This document shows, in pieces, positions 21,293 to 31,122 of a stretch of 64,000 nt of DNA. The notes under the pieces are model-generated. The model did no database searches and was not told the DNA's origin. It was given only the letters and a program-made list of their open reading frames with translations. How positions within the stretch are numbered: position 1 is the stretch's first letter; the number at the start of each line of letters is the position of its first letter. Both the position numbers and the translations under genes were made by a program. Source of the stretch: an uncultured virus (IMG/VR IMGVR_UViG_3300020416_000007) (taxonomy: Duplodnaviria > Heunggongvirae > Uroviricota > Caudoviricetes); IMG/VR virus record IMGVR_UViG_3300020416_000007. One strand, given 5' to 3'.

Positions 21293-21658
21293 ATGGCAAA
21301 AGCAGCATTTAGAGTAGAAGATGGTTTAATTCCTGGTCACACCAATGCTGACCTTGGACATACAGCATTAAAGTTTAGAGACATTCACATGTCAAACGAC
21401 ATGCATATTGATAATGATATACATGTCGGTAGAGATATTGATATTACAAGAGATGCAAATGTTACAAGAGACGTTAACGTAACTAATGATTTAAATGTTA
21501 CAACAGATCTGGATGTAGATGGTAATACAATTCTTAATAACTTAAGTGCCTTAGGACCTACAATTAATTTACCGAATTTCGCTGGTGGTGGCGGAGGTGG
21601 TGGAGGCGGCGGTGTCTCTGAGGCCGAAGCTATAGCATTTGCAATTGCGTTAGGATAA
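21293..21658 (+). CDS. Putative virion protein with 6-residue beta-helix-type repeats
   Basis: DNDIHV GRDIDI TRDANV TRDVNV TNDLNV TTDLDV; poly-Gly linker; AIAFAIALG end. Confidence 0.6.
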   Translation: MAKAAFRVEDGLIPGHTNADLGHTALKFRDIHMSNDMHIDNDIHVGRDIDITRDANVTRDVNVTNDLNVTTDLDVDGNTILNNLSALGPTINLPNFAGGGGGGGGGGVSEAEAIAFAIALG

Positions 21659-21662
21659 AAGA

Positions 21663-24600
21663 ATGGCAAAGAAGATTTTAGCAACAGACTATAGTATCAA
21701 TTCTGATAGTGATACAATTACCGTAAAGGGCTTTTATCGAGCAGAACAGTTTCAATTAATTACAGATGTTACTCCTAATAGCGGTGGAACGATTATATTT
21801 AATTTTGCTGATGGTGCTAAAGGACATAAAGGCGCGGTATTTAATACGATAGATGAAACTACTACTTTATATTTAGAAACAAGTTTAGCAGCATATGCTA
21901 TTGATTCTACATCTAACGTACAAATTATTGTTGATCATCCGGAAATGGAGATCGAAGTCTCGGACTCATTACTTGATCCTGTACATAAGATTCGAGTATC
22001 AACTCCGGAAAACTTAATCGATACTGACTTTGAATATGGATTGCAGCCAACTAAATGGGAAACATTAGAACTATCAAACAACGTTCCGTCATTCTTCGTT
22101 GCCGATGGTGATACTGCTTTACCTATTGTTGAAACAATTACTGCTACTACTGGTTCTGATGTTATTAAAGTTTCATGTACAGATGCTCATAATCTTGTTG
22201 TCGGTACGCCTATCGATGTATCTGGTCTAGACTTTAGAACTGCAGAAGGTAAATTCCTAATTATTTCTGCAGATTCAAATAATTTCTTTTATAGAGCAAA
22301 TGCTCCTCAAACTGTTACTGGTGCTATCGGTTCTCTTTATTCTGCTGTTACGCCTGGATCGTTTTATGCTGGTTCTCAAATTCCATATGCTCAAGATTCG
22401 GGTTTAGAAACAAATGAATTAGATCCATCAACCCTTAGAATTAATACGCCGGACGTTCATGGTTTTGTCGAAGGATCACAGTTTTACTTAGTTAATACTA
22501 TTGCATCTAAATCTCTTAAAATTACAGATAATAAAACTGCGCCAGACGGTGATCCTATTATTGATAAAAGAAATACATTTACTAGAGAAGTACCTCTAGA
22601 TTTATCTAAAACAAAAACAAACGAATTACGTGGTCGATACAGTCGATACTTTCCTGCTTCAGACGTAGACGTAGCCTCTAATACTATTAGCTGGCCTAGC
22701 CACAATATGAACACCAACTACACTCTTTTATATGTCCCACCAGCTGGTGCTCAAGGTATAGGCGGTTTAGATAGATTCGAAATCTATTATGTAAAAAGAG
22801 TAGATGCTAATAATATTCAGCTAACAACTTCACAAAACGGTAGTGCAATTAGCTTTAGCAGTGCAGGAGATACATCCGTAGCACAGCATTCATTGCACCT
22901 AGTATATGAATTAAGATACTCAAGTAAAAGTTATAGAAACTCATATACTTATCACTATACTTGGGGTTACTGGTATGGTACTGCTAATTATTCTGGTTAC
23001 GATATGCGTCAAGGAGGCAAGTCAGATCCAAACACAGGACAAACTTTTTACGGGTTAGGCGATAAAAAAGAAGATGGCCTAATGGTCATGACTCGTAACT
23101 ATCAGTATCCTGGCTATAGCGCAAGATGGATGGATTATTACAGACCAGAATATCAAAACTATTATAACGTTTATGGTGGTAACCACTACTTATATACAGA
23201 CTTTCCTGAGTATGATAACCAAACACCAAGTCTCCATCCATCGCGATGGAATCCAATCGAAGACTTTGGTAGATGGAGAAGCTACTCATGGAATAGTTAT
23301 ACCTACACATATAGTAGTGGCTATTTTAGATTTCAAACATATTACTATTCCGGTACTTATAATTACTATTGGTCTTCTCGCCGTATGTTTGTATTCCCAT
23401 TCATATACGATGAAGAAGCAGATACATTCTTTTCTCAAAGTCATGGATTAGCGCAAGGCGACACAATTACTTTCGCTACTAAATCAGGTTCTGCACCTAC
23501 AGTTAACTCTGGTAGTTATATGGGAGATACTCGAAGCAACACAACATTAGCTGATGGTGATTATACTATTGATGTTGTTTCTCCTGATAGATTTAAAATA
23601 GGTGGTTCTAGAATAGCAACCGCGGTAGGTGATTCAAACGGAGCTTACAATATTGTAGGTAACGTTGCCAATCCAAACGCTAACTCATTCTATGTCGATC
23701 AGCATGGTCTTATTGACGGAGATGAAATGGTATTGAGCAAAGTAGGTAATCCTACTTTACCAGCCGTACCAAGTGGTGCATTGGCTCCACGATGGAAATT
23801 AGGTACTCAAGGTAATGCTCCATATTTCGCACAAACAATAAATGATGCTGTACAGAATCACGTTGACAATCACAGTGATTTTAGCAATCATCAAGACTTT
23901 AGAACATCAAACCATAGTGGTAACTCAGAAAGACTTACATCAAGTGGTGAAGCCGGATTAAGTACACCGGGTTTTGATTATGTTAATACAAGATATTCAT
24001 CAAACTACTTAGGCGTTGTTAAAAATGGTTCGTATGTTAAGAGCCAAAGCTATTACAATTACGCTGATACTTATGTAGGTAATTTTGATCTTACAACACC
24101 TAAAAACTTATTTGAAACTACTGATGCTAAGTCATACGGTATTTTCAGACTTGCTACTCCATGGCAACAGTATACGCAAATACCTTATTATATGGATGTA
24201 ACCTTTGGTTCTGATGCTGCGCATGGCGCTACTGATGGTCAGTATAATTCTAGTAATTATTGGATATACTACAATTATACATTCATGGATCACCGGTATT
24301 ATTACGTGTATGATCATTATTCTACATCGCGATACATGAGTAGTACTGTTGGTAATACATCAGGTGATACATATCATTGGTCAGTAGCTTATGTTAACGT
24401 GCAGTATTCTTCTGAATTTGTACAATTAATGCTTACATTCGGTAAAACTACGCCGAACAAAGGATGGTCCGGTTATAGCACTAACGGTAGCGGATTGTAC
24501 ACATATAACTATCGATATAATTCATATAACTCATATTCATATCTGTACAATAGCAGTTATAACCAAGATGAAGTTACTGTAAGACTATTCTTTGCTGGTA

Positions 24601-27368
24601 ACACATCATTCAACTTTAATAACAGCAAAATGGTTAACTTAGTTAACGCTATCATTCAAGGTGTTGATGCGAATTTCTTAAATCCATCATTCACTGTAGG
24701 TGATACATTAACTGCTAATGTTATTAATAACAATAGATTTAGTGTTTCAAATGCTGGAGCCTTAATAGACCTAACAGATAGCGGCAGTGGTTTTGATAGT
24801 GCTAACCTTATGAAGTTTGCATTATCTGATGTACAAGGGGCAGCCGATGGATCTTACTCTGCTGAATCTGTAGGCGATGAATTTATTACCCTTAACACAC
24901 CTTTCTTAGTTGAAGGTAATACAGAAATACTAAAAGCCGATAGTGCTGATTCTTCTACCATACAGACTTTTGGTGGACACAATTTCTTATCTGGTACAAA
25001 GGTAGTGTACAGTCATTCTTCTGACAGCGGACTAGGTGGTTTACAAAATGGCAACACATATTATGTACATGCAATTGACGATAACTATCTTAGCTTACAT
25101 GGTAACGGACAAGATGCTATAGTTGGTATTAATCCAATTCAATTAGCTTCTGACTCTGCGGGCGGTGCACAGCTCCATCAGATTACAACAACATCGATTG
25201 CTGGTAGAACAGGTGCGTCTGGTACAGTTATTGTTAGAGACGGATCCAAAAAGGTTACTGGTAACCAAACACTCTTTAAACGATTCTTTAAATCTGGTGA
25301 TACAATATTCTTTAAGAATGATTCATCAACTCCAGGTCGTTTAGATGAGCATACCATTGCTGTTATTTCAGATGATGAAAACATGGAACTTACAACACCG
25401 GCTAACTTTAGTAAATCTGACGCTACTCACTTCGTAAAAACTAATATTTACGCAAAACCTGATGGCTACTCAGTACACAGACCATTTGATGGTGGTGTTG
25501 AAATTGGCGCTGGTACTGCACCACTTTCGCAGATTACTAGACAAACAAGAAAATATTTCCGTTATCAGTCAGGTAAAGGTATTCAAACATCATTAGCTAT
25601 TAACTTCAACCCACCTGTTATTTTAGAAACAATTAACTCGCTAGATACAACAGTTAGATGTAGGACAAAGTATCCTCATAGACTGGCAGTTGGAATGCAA
25701 ATAACAATTGAAGGTGCATCGGATGGTGCGTATAATGGTGTTCAATCAGTAGCTAGTGTCGTAGATGATTATAACTTTACCTACACTGCTGCGCAAGCTC
25801 CTAACGCTTCGATTCCTTCAGGTATCATACAGTATGTAGTTAATGGGTATTCAGGTTCTTTTGTTAGAGCTGGTATGTTTGATAACCAAAACGGATTCTT
25901 CTTTGAATGGGATGGCACTGTACTACACTGTGTAAGACGTTCATCAACTACACAGTTATCTGGTACAGTAGAAGCAGTTAAAGGAAGTGGACGTATTGTA
26001 GGTACAAACACTAACTTTAGCGGGCAGCTTGTAAGAAATGATAAAGTAGTTATCCGTGGACAAACATATAAGATTGTTAAAATTAATAGTAGAACAGAAT
26101 TGTTTGTTCAGCCACAATATAGAGGTATTTCCAGTGATGGTATTATCCTTACAAAAACAGTTGATGTTAGAGTTGCACAATCTGATTGGAACTTAGATAA
26201 GTGCGATGGTAGCGGAAAACAAGGATTTAACTTAAATACATCTAAAATTCAAATGGCATACATGGATTACTCATGGTACGGTGCTGGTAAAATTAGATTT
26301 GGATTTAAAGATCGTAAAGGTCACGTTAGATATGCTCATGAGTTTATTCACAACAACAGGTTGGACGAAGCTTATATGAGATCTGGTAACTTACCTGCTA
26401 AGTATGAAATTGAAAACGATGAAAATCCAACGTATGCTCCAACGCTATTCCATTGGGGTACATCGGTTATCATGGATGGTACGTTTGATGACGATAATGC
26501 ATATCTATTTACTGCTCCTTCGAAAAACTTAACATTCACAAACGGTCAAACAAATAGTGCTAACACTAATGGCAATTCATCTCTATCTTACAGATACAAT
26601 AGAGGTACAAGACAGTATGACTTCTATGTAAGATTACCGTTTAGTTCAAGTGATGCATCTAAGTTTAACACTGGTACAAAACTCTATACTTCAAACAATG
26701 AGTTGAATGGTCAAGAAGTTGCGTATACAGACTATAGTGGATCTACTTTTAGAGTTCACATTTACATATCTTCTGGTTATAGCTTTCCAGGTTCAGGTAC
26801 TTATCCAGTAGTTAGTAGCGGAACTACAGTCAACATCGGTGCACCAGCTTCAGGTGGAGATGATGTTAACTTAGGTACAGACGTTATCCCGCTAGTGTCA
26901 CTTAGACTTGCGCCATCTGTTGATAACAACTTGACTGGTGATTTAGGTGAAAGAGATATCATTAACCGAATGCAGTTAAAACTAAATGAAGTTGGTATGA
27001 TTCTAACGCATGACTGCGAAGTTAAACTTATCTTAAATGGTGATATTAGTACAGTTTCTTGGGAAAATGTTAGATCTCCATCATTGTCACAATTGATCAA
27101 ACATGAATCAGGTGATCAAATTACTGGTGGTAACGAAGTATTCTCCTTTAGAGCTTCGGGTGGTGCCGATGGTACTTCATCTACATCTAACTTCTCACTA
27201 GGAGACTTGGTTGATATGGGTAACTCAATCTTAGGCGGTAACGGTATCTTCCCTAACGGGCCTGATATTCTAACAGTTGCTGTACAAGTTGTTGATACAT
27301 CATCAATTAACGCAAGTCAGCCATTTACTGCATCATCAAGAATTACATGGGGCGAATCGCAGGCTTAA
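21663..27368 (+). CDS. Large (1901 aa) virion structural protein
   Basis: RVSTPENLIDTDFEYGLQPTKWE and QTRKYFRYQSGKG resemble marine myophage structural proteins; repeated H...G..V.Y...GGL...YYV domains. Confidence 0.7.
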   Translation: MAKKILATDYSINSDSDTITVKGFYRAEQFQLITDVTPNSGGTIIFNFADGAKGHKGAVFNTIDETTTLYLETSLAAYAIDSTSNVQIIVDHPEMEIEVSDSLLDPVHKIRVSTPENLIDTDFEYGLQPTKWETLELSNNVPSFFVADGDTALPIVETITATTGSDVIKVSCTDAHNLVVGTPIDVSGLDFRTAEGKFLIISADSNNFFYRANAPQTVTGAIGSLYSAVTPGSFYAGSQIPYAQDSGLETNELDPSTLRINTPDVHGFVEGSQFYLVNTIASKSLKITDNKTAPDGDPIIDKRNTFTREVPLDLSKTKTNELRGRYSRYFPASDVDVASNTISWPSHNMNTNYTLLYVPPAGAQGIGGLDRFEIYYVKRVDANNIQLTTSQNGSAISFSSAGDTSVAQHSLHLVYELRYSSKSYRNSYTYHYTWGYWYGTANYSGYDMRQGGKSDPNTGQTFYGLGDKKEDGLMVMTRNYQYPGYSARWMDYYRPEYQNYYNVYGGNHYLYTDFPEYDNQTPSLHPSRWNPIEDFGRWRSYSWNSYTYTYSSGYFRFQTYYYSGTYNYYWSSRRMFVFPFIYDEEADTFFSQSHGLAQGDTITFATKSGSAPTVNSGSYMGDTRSNTTLADGDYTIDVVSPDRFKIGGSRIATAVGDSNGAYNIVGNVANPNANSFYVDQHGLIDGDEMVLSKVGNPTLPAVPSGALAPRWKLGTQGNAPYFAQTINDAVQNHVDNHSDFSNHQDFRTSNHSGNSERLTSSGEAGLSTPGFDYVNTRYSSNYLGVVKNGSYVKSQSYYNYADTYVGNFDLTTPKNLFETTDAKSYGIFRLATPWQQYTQIPYYMDVTFGSDAAHGATDGQYNSSNYWIYYNYTFMDHRYYYVYDHYSTSRYMSSTVGNTSGDTYHWSVAYVNVQYSSEFVQLMLTFGKTTPNKGWSGYSTNGSGLYTYNYRYNSYNSYSYLYNSSYNQDEVTVRLFFAGNTSFNFNNSKMVNLVNAIIQGVDANFLNPSFTVGDTLTANVINNNRFSVSNAGALIDLTDSGSGFDSANLMKFALSDVQGAADGSYSAESVGDEFITLNTPFLVEGNTEILKADSADSSTIQTFGGHNFLSGTKVVYSHSSDSGLGGLQNGNTYYVHAIDDNYLSLHGNGQDAIVGINPIQLASDSAGGAQLHQITTTSIAGRTGASGTVIVRDGSKKVTGNQTLFKRFFKSGDTIFFKNDSSTPGRLDEHTIAVISDDENMELTTPANFSKSDATHFVKTNIYAKPDGYSVHRPFDGGVEIGAGTAPLSQITRQTRKYFRYQSGKGIQTSLAINFNPPVILETINSLDTTVRCRTKYPHRLAVGMQITIEGASDGAYNGVQSVASVVDDYNFTYTAAQAPNASIPSGIIQYVVNGYSGSFVRAGMFDNQNGFFFEWDGTVLHCVRRSSTTQLSGTVEAVKGSGRIVGTNTNFSGQLVRNDKVVIRGQTYKIVKINSRTELFVQPQYRGISSDGIILTKTVDVRVAQSDWNLDKCDGSGKQGFNLNTSKIQMAYMDYSWYGAGKIRFGFKDRKGHVRYAHEFIHNNRLDEAYMRSGNLPAKYEIENDENPTYAPTLFHWGTSVIMDGTFDDDNAYLFTAPSKNLTFTNGQTNSANTNGNSSLSYRYNRGTRQYDFYVRLPFSSSDASKFNTGTKLYTSNNELNGQEVAYTDYSGSTFRVHIYISSGYSFPGSGTYPVVSSGTTVNIGAPASGGDDVNLGTDVIPLVSLRLAPSVDNNLTGDLGERDIINRMQLKLNEVGMILTHDCEVKLILNGDISTVSWENVRSPSLSQLIKHESGDQITGGNEVFSFRASGGADGTSSTSNFSLGDLVDMGNSILGGNGIFPNGPDILTVAVQVVDTSSINASQPFTASSRITWGESQA

Positions 27369-27369
27369 T

Positions 27370-28293
27370 ATGGGAAAAAGTATTAATAGGCTATTAGCCG
27401 AACTTATAGATGACGACGGCGATGTTCAATCTGAATACTTGGACAACGTTGAAGCTAGTGGATTAGTTTACTATGAAACGCTAGATTCATTACCTGTAGG
27501 AAACGCGTTATCAGCTGGTAACTTAGCCTATGTTGCTGCAAATCAAAGAATGTACGTTTCAAATGGTGTTGGCTGGTATAACGCCGGTTTAATTAATAGA
27601 TCACCTAGATGGCAAACAGAACCAAGCGCTACGTATGAAATCGTAGATTCAGCCACACCTCTTACAATTACGGCTAAAGCTGTTGACAGTGATAATTCTA
27701 ATTTAACTTTAGTAAATCAAAGTTTTGGATCTGATTCTGCTCAGTACAAACTTGATGTATCTGTTGATTCTTCGGTGTTTACATTTACACCTAAAACTGC
27801 AGCCGCGGTAGGTTCGGCGGTTGCTGCTGGTAATATACCAGATTCAAATGGAGATGTTAATTACACATTTAAGTGGTCAGACGGAATTGGTTTTGTTTCT
27901 AAATTAGTAACTCTTCAATACGCGCCTGGTGGCGGCGCGCCATTACAATGGGCAAATAGTAATTCTGATCCTTATATAATGTGGACAGATCCAACTGACT
28001 TTTCAAAGCGCAGATTTGCGTATCCTATTAACTGGCCATCTCAAACTCCTGGTACATGGAGATACGCGTTGAATTACCCATCTTCTCCTAGTAATTTTAG
28101 TAACCAAGGTCTAGTTGTTACTGTTCCTCAAGGAGTTGAATGGAATGGAACAGTGTATACTGCTTACGCTTTATCTAACCAATGGACTGGTGGAAATTAC
28201 AACTATGAAATATGGAATACCGGTGTTAGTTCTCCAAGCTACACGAATGAATCAACCGCGGGATCTAATAATGCAGGAAACATTCCACTATAA
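27370..28293 (+). CDS. Putative virion/fibre protein with shared N-terminal module
   Basis: Same module as 225 and 2201 ORFs; ATG at 27370 directly after the upstream stop. Confidence 0.65.
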   Translation: MGKSINRLLAELIDDDGDVQSEYLDNVEASGLVYYETLDSLPVGNALSAGNLAYVAANQRMYVSNGVGWYNAGLINRSPRWQTEPSATYEIVDSATPLTITAKAVDSDNSNLTLVNQSFGSDSAQYKLDVSVDSSVFTFTPKTAAAVGSAVAAGNIPDSNGDVNYTFKWSDGIGFVSKLVTLQYAPGGGAPLQWANSNSDPYIMWTDPTDFSKRRFAYPINWPSQTPGTWRYALNYPSSPSNFSNQGLVVTVPQGVEWNGTVYTAYALSNQWTGGNYNYEIWNTGVSSPSYTNESTAGSNNAGNIPL

Positions 28294-28296
28294 ATA
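28289..28296 (+). promoter_or_regulatory. T4-type late promoter overlapping stop codon
   Basis: TATAAATA at the gene boundary. Confidence 0.6.
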
Positions 28297-28324
28297 ATGT
28301 GGTAGAATAGTTATAAGGTATATT

Positions 28325-29203
28325 ATGAACGAACTTACAGAACATGAAAGCAATGAATTAAAACCAACTGATCCAATTACATTTGGCATTACACCAGTAT
28401 CAAGGAGTAAAATTAATCCAAAGGCTGTAGCTTTAGTAAATGAGTTTTTACCAGAACTTGATGAGAAAACTAAATTCTTTGATAGAGGTAACTCACAATC
28501 GACTTTATCAATGATGTCTTTGACTATGTTAAATGGTCATTCACCTCATAGATTATTAAGACAAGTTTTAGCTGAAACAGAAACGCGGAAAATGGCATTG
28601 GCAGAAGCACAAGTAACGCATGCTAAAGCACTTGAAAAAATTGAAAAGTTACAGGATAAACTGTTCTTAGATCCAGATAATAATGTTTTAAACGCTAAGT
28701 TACGTGCTGCGTATGTTGGTATTGAATCTATGGAAAGCAAGATAAATGGCTCTTTCAAAGATATCGCTACACTAATAACTGCGTATAATAATGTCAAAAA
28801 AAATTATAATATTGATAACTGGACTGAAGAAGAATTTGAGAACTCAGAAAAGAAACATCACGTTCGACGTGGGTTTGAATTGATGTATCGTAATTTGATG
28901 GATGGAGGCAGAGCTTCTACTGCAACTATCGAATACATGCAACAATATGGTATACATCCTCAAGTAGGACATACCGAAGTGAGTGGTTATATCGGTGCTG
29001 TTAATGAATTAATAAAGAATAATCAAATACCGCACTCTAATCATTTAGAAGAATTTTTAGATGCAATGGCTGAAAAATATTATAAGGAATCTGATAAAAC
29101 AACTCAAAGAATTTTCGGTAAAGATAATATAACTAATACCGACATTTTGAGTTTGGTGCAGGATAAATCAAATGACGACTCTGTCGAGCATACGGAAGAA
29201 TAG
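28325..29203 (+). CDS. Hypothetical coiled-coil protein among fibre genes
   Basis: 292-aa helical ORF flanked by fibre-like genes. Confidence 0.65.
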   Translation: MNELTEHESNELKPTDPITFGITPVSRSKINPKAVALVNEFLPELDEKTKFFDRGNSQSTLSMMSLTMLNGHSPHRLLRQVLAETETRKMALAEAQVTHAKALEKIEKLQDKLFLDPDNNVLNAKLRAAYVGIESMESKINGSFKDIATLITAYNNVKKNYNIDNWTEEEFENSEKKHHVRRGFELMYRNLMDGGRASTATIEYMQQYGIHPQVGHTEVSGYIGAVNELIKNNQIPHSNHLEEFLDAMAEKYYKESDKTTQRIFGKDNITNTDILSLVQDKSNDDSVEHTEE

Positions 29204-30635
29204 ACAAAGAGAAGAACGCACGGCTGGATTAGATTCAGCGGAAGTAAGTGTTCTAGCGGCCGGCAGCAATTTAGTTTTTTCTACTTTAGATTCTTTACCC
29301 GCCAGTGATTTAGTTCCTGGCCAAAAAGCATTAGTTGAAAGTGTTAATCGATTATACCTTACAGATGGAAACGGCTGGTATAATGTAGGATTCAACGTAA
29401 ATGCCAATCCGCGGTGGATTACGGAGCCTGATACCACTGCTACAATCACCGATTCAGCTACACCATTAATTATTACAGCCTTAGCTGCTGATTCAGATGG
29501 AACTACGTTACTTAATCAAAGTAATGTGATTGGTGATAGTGCACAATACATGGTGTCTATTACAAACGATTCATCAGTTTGGACATTCACGCCAAAAAGC
29601 GCAGACTCAATAGGCATTGAAGTTGCAGCAGGTAACTTAGTAGAATCAAATGGCGATTTCATTTATAACTTTAAATGGAGCGACGGAATAAACTATATTA
29701 GTAAAGATGTAACTATAGCATATAATCCTGCCGGTGGTGGGATAGATTGGGCAGGAACTCGAGGATTTTTTCTAGGTAGCTGGATGGATAGAGATGATGC
29801 CGGTTATATGGATATCGCTACAGGTACAAGCGTTACTGCTATGAGCAATTTACCTGGACAATGCGCTAATGGCGATAACGCTGTTAGTACCGGTGAATTG
29901 ATAATTGTGCCTCAATCAAATAGTAATATTTGGTCTATTAATTCGGCTACTGCAGGAACAGCGACTAATTTTGCGAACAGCCGTTTTAACAGAAATGCAG
30001 ATTACGCTTCTGCCGCGGGTAATGGTTCAATTGGAATATGGCGCGGAGGTAATTCGAGTTATTACAATAAGTTCGATTACATGGCACTAACCAGTGGTTC
30101 AACATGCGCTAGTCATTCTAATCTTTCTTCACAATTTAACACTGCTGATGCTATGTGCGGAAATGATACAAAGGCATTATCTGGCATGGGAATACATAGT
30201 AGCGATTATGGTGGTACTGCAAGATGTAATTATGTTTTATATGATACTGTCGGCTCGGCTTATAATTTTGGTAACTTAGGATATGATGCTACTAGACCTG
30301 CAGCGGCCGGTGATGAAACACATGCTATATTTGCTGGTGGTGGGCATGCCAATACAATTTCTGTTTACAGTGGTTTAACTACTACAACATATGACACAGG
30401 ATCATCTGCAATTAGTGGTGGATCTATTAGCCGTGCTAGAAAAGGTGGGCTAGCTATGTCGGATAAAACTTATTTTATACATGCCGGCGGATTTGCGAAC
30501 GGCAACCTTTCTAGTGGTGCTAGGAATGATATAGATAGAAGAGTTATTGCGACTGGTAGCAACGCTACACTGGTCGGAAGCTTAGGCAGTGTATCTGGAT
30601 CATATGGTTCTGGCGCTTCCGGAAATGCTGCATAA
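29172..30635 (+). CDS. Putative virion/fibre protein: shared module plus repeat C-terminus
   Basis: Shared module; repeated DY..IATG..A..FG.L type units. Confidence 0.65.
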   Translation: MTTLSSIRKNRQREERTAGLDSAEVSVLAAGSNLVFSTLDSLPASDLVPGQKALVESVNRLYLTDGNGWYNVGFNVNANPRWITEPDTTATITDSATPLIITALAADSDGTTLLNQSNVIGDSAQYMVSITNDSSVWTFTPKSADSIGIEVAAGNLVESNGDFIYNFKWSDGINYISKDVTIAYNPAGGGIDWAGTRGFFLGSWMDRDDAGYMDIATGTSVTAMSNLPGQCANGDNAVSTGELIIVPQSNSNIWSINSATAGTATNFANSRFNRNADYASAAGNGSIGIWRGGNSSYYNKFDYMALTSGSTCASHSNLSSQFNTADAMCGNDTKALSGMGIHSSDYGGTARCNYVLYDTVGSAYNFGNLGYDATRPAAAGDETHAIFAGGGHANTISVYSGLTTTTYDTGSSAISGGSISRARKGGLAMSDKTYFIHAGGFANGNLSSGARNDIDRRVIATGSNATLVGSLGSVSGSYGSGASGNAA

Positions 30636-30640
30636 ATAAG

Positions 30641-30669
30641 TTTACATTACTGGCATATTATGATATAAT
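30641..30669 (+). promoter_or_regulatory. Sigma70-like early/middle promoter before uvsY
   Basis: TTTACA-17nt-TATAAT with TG extension. Confidence 0.8.
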
Positions 30670-30675
30670 AACTAT

Positions 30676-31122
30676 ATGATTGACTTAAAGCAAATACATG
30701 AAATGTGGTCAGAAGACTGCAAGATAAAACAAACTAATCTAGATGAATCATCGCGTGTTACACCAGTGTTGCATGCTAAATATCTAGAAATGTTATCTCA
30801 CACAAAGCTTATGTTAAAACGTGCTGAGTTTGCACAAAAGTCTTTATTAAAAGACAAGTGGTTATATTATAATGGCAAGATGTCAGAAGAAGAGTTAAAG
30901 GACAAAGGTTGGAATCCGGATCCTTTTAATGGTCTAAAAATATTAAAAGGTGAAATGGATCATTACTATGATTCAGATCCTGAGATACAAAAGTCTGAAG
31001 AAAAGATACAGTACTATAAGACCATAATTGAAACGCTAACAGAGATTATAAATAATCTTAATTGGCGACATCAAACTATAGGTAATATGATTAAGTGGAA
31101 ACAGTTCGAGTCAGGAAATTAA
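30676..31122 (+). CDS. uvsY: Recombination mediator UvsY
   Basis: W.ED.KI...LD.ES...P.LH.KY, KWLYYNGK, IKWKQFESG; adjacent to uvsW. Confidence 0.88.
   Translation: MIDLKQIHEMWSEDCKIKQTNLDESSRVTPVLHAKYLEMLSHTKLMLKRAEFAQKSLLKDKWLYYNGKMSEEELKDKGWNPDPFNGLKILKGEMDHYYDSDPEIQKSEEKIQYYKTIIETLTEIINNLNWRHQTIGNMIKWKQFESGN

Noticed and set aside
225..30635. Diversity-generating retroelement or invertible cassette behind the paralogous fibre genes
   Set aside because: No reverse transcriptase or invertase, and no near-identical template/variable repeat pair; the similarity is diverged and at the N-termini.
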